From: a virus
DNA: 64,000 bases
Direction: 5' to 3' (one strand)
Virus record (IMG/VR): IMGVR_UViG_3300032893_002193
Location: 16,058-80,057 of that record
Part shown: one piece after another, positions 20,869-31,124 of the stretch
Layout of the letters: the number at the start of each line of letters is the position of its first letter
How positions within the stretch are numbered: the stretch's first letter is position 1
Position numbers and translations under genes: made by a program
Notes under the pieces: generated by a model
The model's database searches: none
Seen by the model: the letters and a program-made list of their open reading frames with translations, nothing else
What the model was told of the DNA's origin: nothing

Positions 20869-21221
20869 TTAAGGATCCATCACAGAGATTTTTATGGTTT
20901 TTAAGCAAAACATATAAAAAATTTCCAGATGATCCTGAATTTGAAGAGATGGATCCAAATCTTAAATTTCTAATGTTTAGTCATTGGATAGAAGACCAGT
21001 CAGAGAAAATTGATATTTTAAAAAATCACGGATATTTGATTGGTTCGTTTATTAATCCGGAAGCGGTTAGCAAGATACTTGGATCTGGTAGTAAGCACTT
21101 CGAATCTACAGAAGAAGATTTTGAAGAAACATCTCGCTTAATTTTTGAGCATAATAATATGGAAGAAAAAAAAGAACAATCTAAACGCAAGAAAAAGAAA
21201 AAAAAGTTAATAAGAGCGTAA
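20218..21221 (+). CDS. Tail assembly chaperone frameshift product (gpGT-like, -1 frameshift at 20859-20865)
   Basis: The -1 frame is open from 20865 (IVKDPSQRFLWFLSKTYKKFPDDPEFEE) into ORF 20949..21221. Confidence 0.75.
20859..20865 (+). other. -1 programmed ribosomal frameshift slippery heptamer A AAA AAA
   Basis: X XXY YYZ heptamer immediately before the TAG stop, at the canonical G/GT position. Confidence 0.75.
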
Positions 21222-21222
21222 T

Positions 21223-23202
21223 ATGGCCGATAGTATAGAAAATCTACTGCAAGCGTTTGTAAAAGCAAAATTAAATACCGATGATCTTACAAATAGCGTA
21301 AGTAAATTAGGAGATAGCATATCTGGTATGATGTCTTCATATACTAACTATGCCAATGAATATATTAACTCAATGAAAAATATGACGGCATCTACTACTG
21401 ATTTTTCTAATCAGGCAATAAGATCCTTTGAAACATTAAATAGAGTATATTCAACATTTAGCAAAATAGATCCTTTTGCCGGTCTTGAAAAAAGTGGAGG
21501 ACGAGCAATTACATCTATTACAGATCAAACGAAAAGACTACTTGAAGTCTCTGAAATGGCCGGACAATTAATTCCTGATAAACTAAAAAATGCCTTCGCT
21601 GATTTGCATCTTGATATTGGAACCAAGGCTTTTTCTGGATTTATTGATTCTGCAAACAGAATGCGAGAGGCCCAACAGTTTGTTCTGGGTATGGCTTCTG
21701 CTACCGGAAAACTTACCGATATATTAGGAAAATCAGGACCACAACTAGAAGGACTAAATGATTTAATTGGCGTCTATGGAGATAAGATTACCGTTGCAGC
21801 TGAGGCTAATAATATGGCCGATTCTGCTGTTAGAGATTTTTTGTCATCAGCATCTAATATTCCCGGTGTTTTTGAAGATAGTACATTACAAATAGGAAAG
21901 AATGGAGAACATCTTGATAGATTAACATCAATATTAAGAATATCTGCCGGCGCACAAATCAGTAATGCCGATACTACAAAAATATTACAAACCGCATATG
22001 AAAAATTAGGAAATGCTCAAGGAGAAGTGACTGATAGCATAGAAAAGGGAGAGCAAATCATTTCTCTAATGTCAGAATCATCTAATAAGTTTGGTGTTAG
22101 ATTGTCTGATATGGAAGATTTTCTAAGCAATACCGCAGAAACTTTTAAGGATGTCGGTGATAATACTGAATCTGCAACAAGAATATTAAATAATTATGTT
22201 GGAGCATTACGCCAAACTGGTCTTACAACAAAAGAATCAGTCTCTATAACAAATGATCTGGTATCGGGATTAAATCGATTATCTACTGGAACAAAGGCGG
22301 TAGTTTCTGCAAGAAGTGGAGGTCCCGGTGGCTTACAAGGCATGTTTAGAATTGAGCAGATGTTAAGAGAGGGTAAGGCCGATGAAGTTTTAGCCATGAC
22401 TCAAAGGACCTTAAGACAACAGTTTGGTGGAAGGATATATACGCAGGCAGAGGCAGCATCAAGTCCAGAGGCAGCTGCGCAATTCTATAGGCAGAGGGCA
22501 TTACTACAGAGCGGCGTCCTTGGTCCAAAAATAGAAGATCCTGAAAAGGCTACAAGATTACTAGAAGCTATGAAAAGCGGCATTGGTGGAGAAGATATTA
22601 TAAGCGGACAAGATGCTGTTAAAAATACCGCCGAAAGAGGCAATGAGATACTTTTAAAACAAGCAAATTATTTACAGCATATTGATAATGTATTGACTCA
22701 ACAGGCGCGCGAAGGAGATAAGAAAAATTTGCAGTTATTTGAAAAAATTGCAGGTTCTGGTGGTATTGAGAGCAGAGGGGCAATGATAGATGCTCAATCA
22801 AGATACGCTGGACAAACTGCAATGATATCTAGAGAAATAAATAAAAGGTCTTCTGATAGAAAAGATTTAAGTTTAAGTATGTTAGAGGCTAATATAAAAA
22901 CGCTATCTGATGGTTCAAAAATAACCGCCTCTGCGTTTAAAGAAATTAGTTCTGCCGCGCAAAGTTTTGCAAAAATAATTCAAGAGGGATCTTCTATTAT
23001 AAATAAGGCTACACAAGAAACAAGAGATAAGGTAAGCCTCAAAGAGGGGCAAGAAAGAACCGCGGCTTCACAAAAAATAACCCTGGATATTAAGATACAA
23101 GACGGTTTGGCTGTAAATGTAAGTACCGCTAAGGGGGCAAGCAGGGCCGTAGGAACTGGCGGGGTGACATCTAATACATATGAAGTAGAGTTTCAAAAAT
23201 AG
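21223..23202 (+). CDS. Tape measure protein
   Basis: Helical Ala/Ser/Gly-rich 659-aa ORF immediately after the chaperone pair. Confidence 0.75.
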   Translation: MADSIENLLQAFVKAKLNTDDLTNSVSKLGDSISGMMSSYTNYANEYINSMKNMTASTTDFSNQAIRSFETLNRVYSTFSKIDPFAGLEKSGGRAITSITDQTKRLLEVSEMAGQLIPDKLKNAFADLHLDIGTKAFSGFIDSANRMREAQQFVLGMASATGKLTDILGKSGPQLEGLNDLIGVYGDKITVAAEANNMADSAVRDFLSSASNIPGVFEDSTLQIGKNGEHLDRLTSILRISAGAQISNADTTKILQTAYEKLGNAQGEVTDSIEKGEQIISLMSESSNKFGVRLSDMEDFLSNTAETFKDVGDNTESATRILNNYVGALRQTGLTTKESVSITNDLVSGLNRLSTGTKAVVSARSGGPGGLQGMFRIEQMLREGKADEVLAMTQRTLRQQFGGRIYTQAEAASSPEAAAQFYRQRALLQSGVLGPKIEDPEKATRLLEAMKSGIGGEDIISGQDAVKNTAERGNEILLKQANYLQHIDNVLTQQAREGDKKNLQLFEKIAGSGGIESRGAMIDAQSRYAGQTAMISREINKRSSDRKDLSLSMLEANIKTLSDGSKITASAFKEISSAAQSFAKIIQEGSSIINKATQETRDKVSLKEGQERTAASQKITLDIKIQDGLAVNVSTAKGASRAVGTGGVTSNTYEVEFQK

Positions 23203-23211
23203 CGAGACATT

Positions 23212-24054
23212 ATGAGCTTAACTAACGATCCAACAAGTCAAATTAGTAATGCAATATCAGGAGTAAGCTCTTTAGATAGATATACTCTTGAATCACAAAA
23301 TGCATCCTCAAATAGTGGATTTTCTGCTCCACCGGTACCGTCCGCTGATAATAATGGTTTGCCATCAAGCAATGTTCCATACAATATAAGAAATTTTTCC
23401 CAACAAAGAAATATGGTTCATTTTTTTGTTCCAGAAGTTGGGACAGTATCAATGTATATAAATCCACAATCAATCAATTATTCCTTTGAGAAGGTTATTT
23501 CACAAGAGAGAACAAAGGGAGGATATTCATTACAATATTGGGGAGAAACATTACCTACCATTAGATTATCTGGACATACCGGAAGTTCTGGAGTAGAAGG
23601 AATAAATGTCTTATATGAGGTTTATAGATCCGAACAATATGTTTTTGATTCGATTGGTTTAACTATCGCTTCAAATAATTCGGTGTCTGGGTTATCGGAT
23701 TTATCAACTAATTTATTGGGAAATACTGTTGGTTCTTTAACAAATGGATTATTTGATTTAAATCCAATTTCTCAAAGTATTCTACCAAGAAATATACCGA
23801 CATTAGCTTCTATGGCCTTTACTGTGGAAATGTATTATTCTGGATGGGTTTTTAGAGGATATTTTAAATCATTCGGTTTTAATGAATCGGCCGATAGGTT
23901 GGGTATATTTAATTATGATATAGATTTTGTCGTAACCCAACGCAGAGGATATCGAACAAATTCTCTTCCATGGCAACACAGCGCAACATCTGGTCCTAGC
24001 AATAATGGTCAAGGAGGAATTCCTTATACATTTGATGGCACCACAACATATTAA
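23212..24054 (+). CDS. Baseplate tail-tube initiator (tube-fold, gp48/gp54-like)
   Basis: MYINPQSI...RTKGGYSLQYWGE...IRLSGHTG...FRGYFKSFGFNE...FNYDIDF; position after tape measure. Confidence 0.65.
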   Translation: MSLTNDPTSQISNAISGVSSLDRYTLESQNASSNSGFSAPPVPSADNNGLPSSNVPYNIRNFSQQRNMVHFFVPEVGTVSMYINPQSINYSFEKVISQERTKGGYSLQYWGETLPTIRLSGHTGSSGVEGINVLYEVYRSEQYVFDSIGLTIASNNSVSGLSDLSTNLLGNTVGSLTNGLFDLNPISQSILPRNIPTLASMAFTVEMYYSGWVFRGYFKSFGFNESADRLGIFNYDIDFVVTQRRGYRTNSLPWQHSATSGPSNNGQGGIPYTFDGTTTY

Positions 24055-24063
24055 GGTAAGTTA

Positions 24064-27000
24064 ATGGCTTTTTTTGATAATTTAGGATCCCAGTTAGAAC
24101 AGCAATTTGGATTAGGAGAGAATAAACTTTCTAATTTAGATATTGTTAGAGATGGAACCGCTCAAAAATATGGAAAGCTTGGGGATTTTGCAAAAAATAT
24201 AGATCAATCAGCAGAAAGAAAATGGGTAGAAGATGGTTTCTATCGTCCGGATCTTTATAATCAGCAGGCTAAAAATCTTGAAGTTTTGATGCAAGAGCCC
24301 GATATAACGGTTTTAATCAAAAAAAGAGCTTTCTCGTCCTTAGCAGAAAACTTTAGAAGAGATTTAGTAAGCGAGCAGGATACTTTATTTTTAAAAGCAA
24401 CTAAAATATTATTTCAAAATAAATGTAAACAAATAGCTGCCTTTGAAAGACTATCTAAAATAGAATCAATCTCAAAGGAATATGGAAGAATAGATTATCA
24501 CCTTTTACCAATTTTGTTTGCGTCTACCGATGCGCTGGATTCTTTATCCGGTTCATTAAGTACACCGTTGCAGCAATCATTATCTGGATTTAAAAAAACA
24601 GTAGATAAGGTAAGAGAAATTTTAACTCTAAACCGGGACACCAATTATACATCGTGGATAGTGGATCTTGATAGTATCTTTAAAACAGATTTTGGAGAAG
24701 GATCTGGCGTTATAGAATTAACTTCGATTACTGGAATATCAACAACCACAACAATTAGATTTAATGATGGTGGCGCTTCCTTAAATGTAGAAGATCCATA
24801 CAATATAATGCTAATTACTAATTTGGATATAGATAAGGCTTTATCAGATGCACAGAATGTAAATTATAATAGCTCTTTTTATCAACTCGGCATACAGGCA
24901 TTAAATCAAACAATTAGCGATAGTACTACCAAATTAAATCAAATAAGAGCAAACAGAGGGGCAAATCCAATTAGATTTATTGCCAATCCAGATACTTTTC
25001 TTGGTAAAAGATTGAGGGCCATTATAGATTATTCTGGAGATGAAATTAATTTTAATTACTCTCCTCTTGGAACTATCGAAAGCCAATCAAATTATTCCAA
25101 TGCAGTAAATAGTGTTATCGGAATTACTTCTAATGCAACAAGTGCGTCCACAGCATTAAGTTTAGACCCAAAAGATTTAATTAATGGGGTTCTCGGTATT
25201 AACGGTTTGACTCCGGAAGAAGTACAAATATTTGAGCAAATAGCGTCTCAATATTTTAATTTAATGCAGGAACAACAAAATGCAAGAAAGGAATATAAGA
25301 ATTATAACCAAGATCCAAAAATAGAATATGCAAGAAAAAAATTAAGATTACATTATGGTAATAAATTAATTTTTCAGCCAATGGATGTTGTCCATATTTA
25401 TATTGATTCTAAAAGACAGCTTGATTCAAAAATTACCGGAGGACTACAAACATCATTTAATGCAAATGGATTTTTGCAGAGCGCATCAAATACCGTTCAA
25501 GATATAAAAGACTTTTTTAATGTAGCCACCAATCAATCTATCGAAAAATCCATTATAGTTGGCAATGATTTTCCTAATTGGTTATGGATGATATTTAGAA
25601 ATCAAATAGTTAACGACACTTCCGGAACACATGTATTTGCCGGAATTGTTGGAGATTCATCCGTAAGTTATTCTAACGGAAAATATAATATAAGTGTTAA
25701 TATAAATAATCAAGCCAAATATTTCAATATGGGGGTGGTTAATTTTAAACCGGCCGCAGATGTATTTAACGGGGCTCTTTTTGATCCGCTAACTCCATTT
25801 GATATACAATTTGATAGCGTTACCGGCTTTCAAAAAGATAGCGTTCCAGACCTATTGCCAGAAAATAAAGAAATCATAAAATCTACCTTTATTAAATATA
25901 AAAATGGACCATATTCTGGCAGAAGACCAACGGAAAAAAATTATTTACAAGATGCAGATAGAATTAAAAATAATTCGGTTAGAAGAGTATTCTATGATCC
26001 CGATGGCTTTGTTTATAAATGGAAAGAGGGGATAGGAGCCATCACATTATTTGGGCAGTCTAATTTACCAAACGATGAAATCTCTCCCGCTTCACCCGCA
26101 CTAACAGCAGATCCATTTGCAGGACAAGATGTAATGAATGCCTTGTCTTTGCTTATTTGCGGAGAGCCTTATAATTTTGCAACTTTCTATAAGGCCGCAT
26201 CAAAAATAGATAATTATGCTCCAGATCCAATAACCGGAAAAAATTCTTCTACATCATATTTTAGATCTTTACAGTCAGATTTAAAATATAGAAATTTAAT
26301 ATATGGTGATTTTATTCCATTTAAAAAATTAACCGTTGATAATAATACATTTGCCAAAATGGTTTCCGGAGAAATCAGGGCTAACAACTTAAATAGTGAG
26401 CTTGCCGTTTTAAATAAGAGAAGGGCAGATCTTGCTGATAAGATAGCAACATTTCAATCAAGCGCAAAAACACAATATTTCGATGACACTGCTAAAAAAA
26501 TAGCCGCTGAAATTTTAGATTTGGACAAACAAATAAATGATAAGATAGAGGCAATAAATAGAGAGTTAGATACCGGAAATTCTACAAAAGGAAACAAAAA
26601 ACCATTTTCTGTTATTGGAAATGATATCTCTTATAATTATGATGAAAGTTTTTCTGTTGGCCCTGATGATAAAAATAATTTGAGCGAAGAACAGGCCGAT
26701 GAAATAAGAAAGAAAGTTAATTTTTTGACAAGAAGATTATCGTGGAAAGTAAGAGCCAATCAAGACGCAAATTTATTTATTGTTGACGATTCATATGATA
26801 AGGATTATGACATACAGGCATTTACTTATGATTTCGTTAATCCAGAATTATTTAAAAGCGAGTACACTACTCCAGGCGATAAAATACCAGATATAGCAAT
26901 GAAATTAGAACTTGAGGTATTTATAGATACTCAAGGCCATATTCAAGTAAGACCTCCAAAATATAATAGAATACCAAGTAGCGTTTTTTATAGAATGTTA

Positions 27001-29052
27001 AGATTAAAAAACGATTACGGAATACAATTATATCCACAATTTCTAGAAGAATTATTTGTTAATCAAATAAATAACGCATTATCTTTAGTTGAAACAAAAG
27101 AAGATGAAATTAGAATATTTTGTGCAGCTATAGGTAAGACTACCGATAAGGATGCTGAAGATTTTATTAATAAGAGCTCGGCATCGTATGGTTCTGGTGG
27201 CAATAAATTTAAGTTTTTATCGAGCAGAGTAACCGGAAAAATTCTTTCTGGTTATGAGGGATTATATAATTTATTTATTTCAAAAGATCCTGATGTTCAA
27301 AATGCATCTCAACAAGGAAAATTAGAGGCACAAAACGCAACACTTAATCGTGCATTAGGGGCAGTGGTTTCGCAAAATTCAATATCTCAACTTTTTGATT
27401 TTAAGACACAATCAGATATAGTTAATAGAAACTTCGTTATTCAACAAGATTCAAATAATAACTATAAGGTTTCTCCGGTTTATAGTGATGCTCCAAAACT
27501 AACAACTACAGAAGATGCGGCATATAATACTATTGATTCCATTAACAATAGATTAATGATATCTACCGGACAAAAGATCGATATTAAACAATTATTTTCC
27601 AATAGCACTAAATATTTAAGTGGCGCAGGGTTAAGTAGTGTTGACTTATTAAATATTACTCAAAACATAGCCGAAAGACTAAATGAAAGACAGAGATTAA
27701 TTAAAGTTGCCTCAAATGCTATTAAAAATGCTAAAGAGGGAGCGTCATTAGCAGAAAATAAAGATAACGAAGGTAATAAATTACTATATCCAAATCTTTA
27801 CGATACTAAAAATATTCCAGCAGCATTAAAATATATGATTGAAGATGAATCATATGATGATCTTGGTCCTGGATCTGGGAAAAGATATGTTATTGAAGAT
27901 TATGATATTATAAGTTTTACATATAACGAGAAGGCTCCTGAACATACGGTAATACAAGTATCAGGAGTAATAGATTTAGCGTTAGGCCAGAATAATGTAG
28001 ATGGGGTCTCTGCATTTGATGATAATGCGAATGGAATAACTACCGCCGCCGCAGTGGATTATGATATGTGGAGAATGTACGGAGTAAGATCTCCTCAAAC
28101 AATTACGGCTCCATTTTTAAATAATCCAGAAACACAATCTGCTCCATATGCAGTCTCTCTTTTAAATCAATCAAGAAAGAATATTTTAAGAGCATCAATG
28201 ACTGTTGTTGGAAATGAGTATTATCAGCCAGGAGAAGTTGTTTATGTAAAGAAATTAGATATGTTATTTTATGTAGAGGCAGTAAATCATAATTTTACAT
28301 ATGGATCGTCATTTACTACATCTCTAACACTATGTTATGGTCATAATCCGGGAGAATATATTCCGACCGCAGTTGATGTAATCGGAAAAATATTATATAA
28401 AAATAAAGACATAACAAATTTGGTTCATAATGGTCATGGGCAAGGCGATGTGTATAATCAACAACCACTAGGGGCTATAATTGGTAATGCTCAAAATATG
28501 AATGACGGCTCTCTTCTCACTAATTCAGATGCGGTTAGAGACTTGACTTATAATAGTAAGACTTTAGCAAATATATTACAACTTGCAAGACCGGCATTAG
28601 CAGGATCTACTAAAGATACAGAGGTAACGCTGGAATTAAGATATTTTTATGATAGCTCTACCACTTCTTTTGTCACCGCATCTTCTTATGCCACCAATTT
28701 AGCAACAGAAATTAAGAAGTTTCTAATAGGCGGAAATGAGTTGGAGGATACATTATTTAGCTCAACGGCAAAACAAAATAACTTAACATATCTAAAAGAA
28801 TTTGAACAACAAATAATAATTACTCCGGTCGATACGAATATAAAAAATAAAAGCATTAATGTCGGAACTACAAGTGCATCTGCTGATTTTAGATATCCAT
28901 CAAAAGAGGCTTATGCTCAGGCAAGAACGATGCTTTTGTCGCAATCACAAAACTCTAATACATTATCTTCATCTGATATAGATAATGTGATATATAATTA
29001 TGTTGTAGATTGTTGGTTATTCTTTAATAATAAAAATAATACGAGGCAATAG
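24064..29052 (+). CDS. Baseplate hub protein (gp27/gpD-like) with large insertions
   Basis: LEVFIDTQGHIQVRPPKY and C-terminal MTVVGNEYYQPGEVVY...FYVEAVNHNF...FTTSLTL hub motifs; precedes the spike. Confidence 0.65.
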   Translation: MAFFDNLGSQLEQQFGLGENKLSNLDIVRDGTAQKYGKLGDFAKNIDQSAERKWVEDGFYRPDLYNQQAKNLEVLMQEPDITVLIKKRAFSSLAENFRRDLVSEQDTLFLKATKILFQNKCKQIAAFERLSKIESISKEYGRIDYHLLPILFASTDALDSLSGSLSTPLQQSLSGFKKTVDKVREILTLNRDTNYTSWIVDLDSIFKTDFGEGSGVIELTSITGISTTTTIRFNDGGASLNVEDPYNIMLITNLDIDKALSDAQNVNYNSSFYQLGIQALNQTISDSTTKLNQIRANRGANPIRFIANPDTFLGKRLRAIIDYSGDEINFNYSPLGTIESQSNYSNAVNSVIGITSNATSASTALSLDPKDLINGVLGINGLTPEEVQIFEQIASQYFNLMQEQQNARKEYKNYNQDPKIEYARKKLRLHYGNKLIFQPMDVVHIYIDSKRQLDSKITGGLQTSFNANGFLQSASNTVQDIKDFFNVATNQSIEKSIIVGNDFPNWLWMIFRNQIVNDTSGTHVFAGIVGDSSVSYSNGKYNISVNINNQAKYFNMGVVNFKPAADVFNGALFDPLTPFDIQFDSVTGFQKDSVPDLLPENKEIIKSTFIKYKNGPYSGRRPTEKNYLQDADRIKNNSVRRVFYDPDGFVYKWKEGIGAITLFGQSNLPNDEISPASPALTADPFAGQDVMNALSLLICGEPYNFATFYKAASKIDNYAPDPITGKNSSTSYFRSLQSDLKYRNLIYGDFIPFKKLTVDNNTFAKMVSGEIRANNLNSELAVLNKRRADLADKIATFQSSAKTQYFDDTAKKIAAEILDLDKQINDKIEAINRELDTGNSTKGNKKPFSVIGNDISYNYDESFSVGPDDKNNLSEEQADEIRKKVNFLTRRLSWKVRANQDANLFIVDDSYDKDYDIQAFTYDFVNPELFKSEYTTPGDKIPDIAMKLELEVFIDTQGHIQVRPPKYNRIPSSVFYRMLRLKNDYGIQLYPQFLEELFVNQINNALSLVETKEDEIRIFCAAIGKTTDKDAEDFINKSSASYGSGGNKFKFLSSRVTGKILSGYEGLYNLFISKDPDVQNASQQGKLEAQNATLNRALGAVVSQNSISQLFDFKTQSDIVNRNFVIQQDSNNNYKVSPVYSDAPKLTTTEDAAYNTIDSINNRLMISTGQKIDIKQLFSNSTKYLSGAGLSSVDLLNITQNIAERLNERQRLIKVASNAIKNAKEGASLAENKDNEGNKLLYPNLYDTKNIPAALKYMIEDESYDDLGPGSGKRYVIEDYDIISFTYNEKAPEHTVIQVSGVIDLALGQNNVDGVSAFDDNANGITTAAAVDYDMWRMYGVRSPQTITAPFLNNPETQSAPYAVSLLNQSRKNILRASMTVVGNEYYQPGEVVYVKKLDMLFYVEAVNHNFTYGSSFTTSLTLCYGHNPGEYIPTAVDVIGKILYKNKDITNLVHNGHGQGDVYNQQPLGAIIGNAQNMNDGSLLTNSDAVRDLTYNSKTLANILQLARPALAGSTKDTEVTLELRYFYDSSTTSFVTASSYATNLATEIKKFLIGGNELEDTLFSSTAKQNNLTYLKEFEQQIIITPVDTNIKNKSINVGTTSASADFRYPSKEAYAQARTMLLSQSQNSNTLSSSDIDNVIYNYVVDCWLFFNNKNNTRQ

Positions 29053-31073
29053 TGGTTAAATTTAAAAATTCAGAAGAAATAACCATTCAAAGGTTGCAAG
29101 GACCGCTTCGTACTGGGACTATCGTAGGATTTAATCCAGATACAAGTATCGTTGATGTAGAGTTTGGTCAATCTATCTTTGGTCCTAAAAATTATAAAAG
29201 AGTGCAAGCACAATTGCCCGCTTCATTTTTGGGAACAAAGTCTGGCTCTTATATTGGTGGATATCCTGAATCTGGAACGCCTGTATTGATGGCGCCGGGA
29301 GATGGAAATATTTGGTTTATTGTTAGCTATTTACCGCAAGATCCATCAACGCAAAGTTCATTAAAGCCATCATCTGTTCCTGATTTAAAAAGTGGAACTA
29401 TAAATATAAGAAATAAAAATAATTATATTAATTTAGATTATAATGATGGTATATTTGCCGGAGATGATGTTAGCCAAAAAATTCTTGATACAAAAAGATC
29501 TATTGCCGCAAATACATTTAAAAACAATTATTCATTTTCTGAAGGCGGAAGATCTATAGATGGTATAATTTTTAGAGATGTTAAACCAAATGCATACCAA
29601 GCTGGGTCATTAAAAGAAACTGATTTAAAATATACAGATACATTAAAAATAATTGGTATGGATCCTGTTGTTAGAAATAGCAGCTCGAATGAGGGCAGCT
29701 ATATTAAAAATCCCAGCAGGGTAGAAAAAAGAGAAATAGTCTTCGAATATGCTAAAAGTTATAATGTCTCATCTAATGATGTAGAGTTAAATTCATACAA
29801 AGACTCTAAAAACATAACCATATCAAGTGCTATTACGAGAAGAAATAGCCGGGCAGATGCATTAAGTTTAAGTTTAGTTTCTCCTAATTTTTTAATGGAA
29901 ACTATTAAGGGGACAGTTGTAGACATATACGGAAATATACTTGATTTAAATAGAAATGTTATTCCAATTGGCAAAACCGATGATTTATCATTGTCTAAAA
30001 TTAAAGATACTGCAAGCAATGTTGATGATGGTAGTAATGTTTATTTAAATATCAAAAGATCTGAACGGCGAAGTGTTGCATTTCATTTCGAGTTAAATGC
30101 AAGAAAAGATTTACTATCTCCTCCAGAGGCCTCTAATCAATCAATTGCCACTCAAAATTATGGAAGAGATAGAAGTAGATTTTATTTCGATGTAGATAAG
30201 GAAGGGCAGTTCAAATTAAATGTTCCCGCCTCATCTGAATACGGAAATGTTGGATTGCTGGCAAGATATGAAAATTATTCTACAGTTTATCCAAATGATC
30301 AAACCAAAGATCCTAATGATTATTCTCCAAATGATGACAATATAGATGTGTTGTTAGATAGTTTTGCTAAAGGAGTTGTAGATATTGTTGATAAAAATGG
30401 AAGAATAGTATCTCCATTAGATAGATTTTCATCATCATCTAAACACCTTAAGCATGGAACGGTATATCATGATATCTCTAATACATGTATAGCATTTCAG
30501 AGCAGTCAAATATCTTCAAATGAATATCAACCTACGACAAGTTATGGTTTAGGAAGAATACCATTTGTGCAAAATATAGTTAGTAATAATATTATTTTTG
30601 GCAAAAATGCTGGCGGTAGATCTGGAAATATTAATTTTGACGGATCTATAGAGGTGAATATTGGCGCTAACACCATAGATAGACAATCTGTTTGGCTTGA
30701 CACTCAGGGCGGAATCATAGGAAATGTCGGAAGAGACCTAAATAACAATATAAGTGTTGCATTAAGTTGTGACGGTGAGATTTTAATTTCTTCTGGCGGA
30801 ACTACACCAAGCGAAGACACCAGATTTACTGGACAAAATAATGCTCATATGTCAGGCGTTATTGATATGAGAGTATTTAATTCCAATTCAAATGAGATAA
30901 CTATGATTAGAATAGATTCGGAAGGCGTTACTGTTAGCACTCCTGGACGAATTGTATTTTACTCTAATCAAGATATGCTTTTCCGTTCTAAGAGCAGAAT
31001 AGCTATGGAGGCGCCGGTTTTGGAGTTACAGGATAGAATAGTTAAGAGAGATCCGGGAGCAGGAAGTATATAG
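29052..31073 (+). CDS. Baseplate central spike protein (gp5/gpV-like)
   Basis: N-terminal OB-fold pattern (GTIVGFNP...VDVEF...GGYPESGTPVLM); C-terminal beta-strand repeats; GTG start overlaps the hub stop. Confidence 0.6.
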   Translation: MVKFKNSEEITIQRLQGPLRTGTIVGFNPDTSIVDVEFGQSIFGPKNYKRVQAQLPASFLGTKSGSYIGGYPESGTPVLMAPGDGNIWFIVSYLPQDPSTQSSLKPSSVPDLKSGTINIRNKNNYINLDYNDGIFAGDDVSQKILDTKRSIAANTFKNNYSFSEGGRSIDGIIFRDVKPNAYQAGSLKETDLKYTDTLKIIGMDPVVRNSSSNEGSYIKNPSRVEKREIVFEYAKSYNVSSNDVELNSYKDSKNITISSAITRRNSRADALSLSLVSPNFLMETIKGTVVDIYGNILDLNRNVIPIGKTDDLSLSKIKDTASNVDDGSNVYLNIKRSERRSVAFHFELNARKDLLSPPEASNQSIATQNYGRDRSRFYFDVDKEGQFKLNVPASSEYGNVGLLARYENYSTVYPNDQTKDPNDYSPNDDNIDVLLDSFAKGVVDIVDKNGRIVSPLDRFSSSSKHLKHGTVYHDISNTCIAFQSSQISSNEYQPTTSYGLGRIPFVQNIVSNNIIFGKNAGGRSGNINFDGSIEVNIGANTIDRQSVWLDTQGGIIGNVGRDLNNNISVALSCDGEILISSGGTTPSEDTRFTGQNNAHMSGVIDMRVFNSNSNEITMIRIDSEGVTVSTPGRIVFYSNQDMLFRSKSRIAMEAPVLELQDRIVKRDPGAGSI

Positions 31074-31076
31074 AAT

Positions 31077-31117
<41 letters not shown>

Positions 31118-31124
31118 GAATCTA

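Noticed and set aside
20949-21221. 90-aa ORF as an independent gene
   Set aside because: Better explained as the 3' part of the -1 frameshift product; its frame is open back to the slippery site
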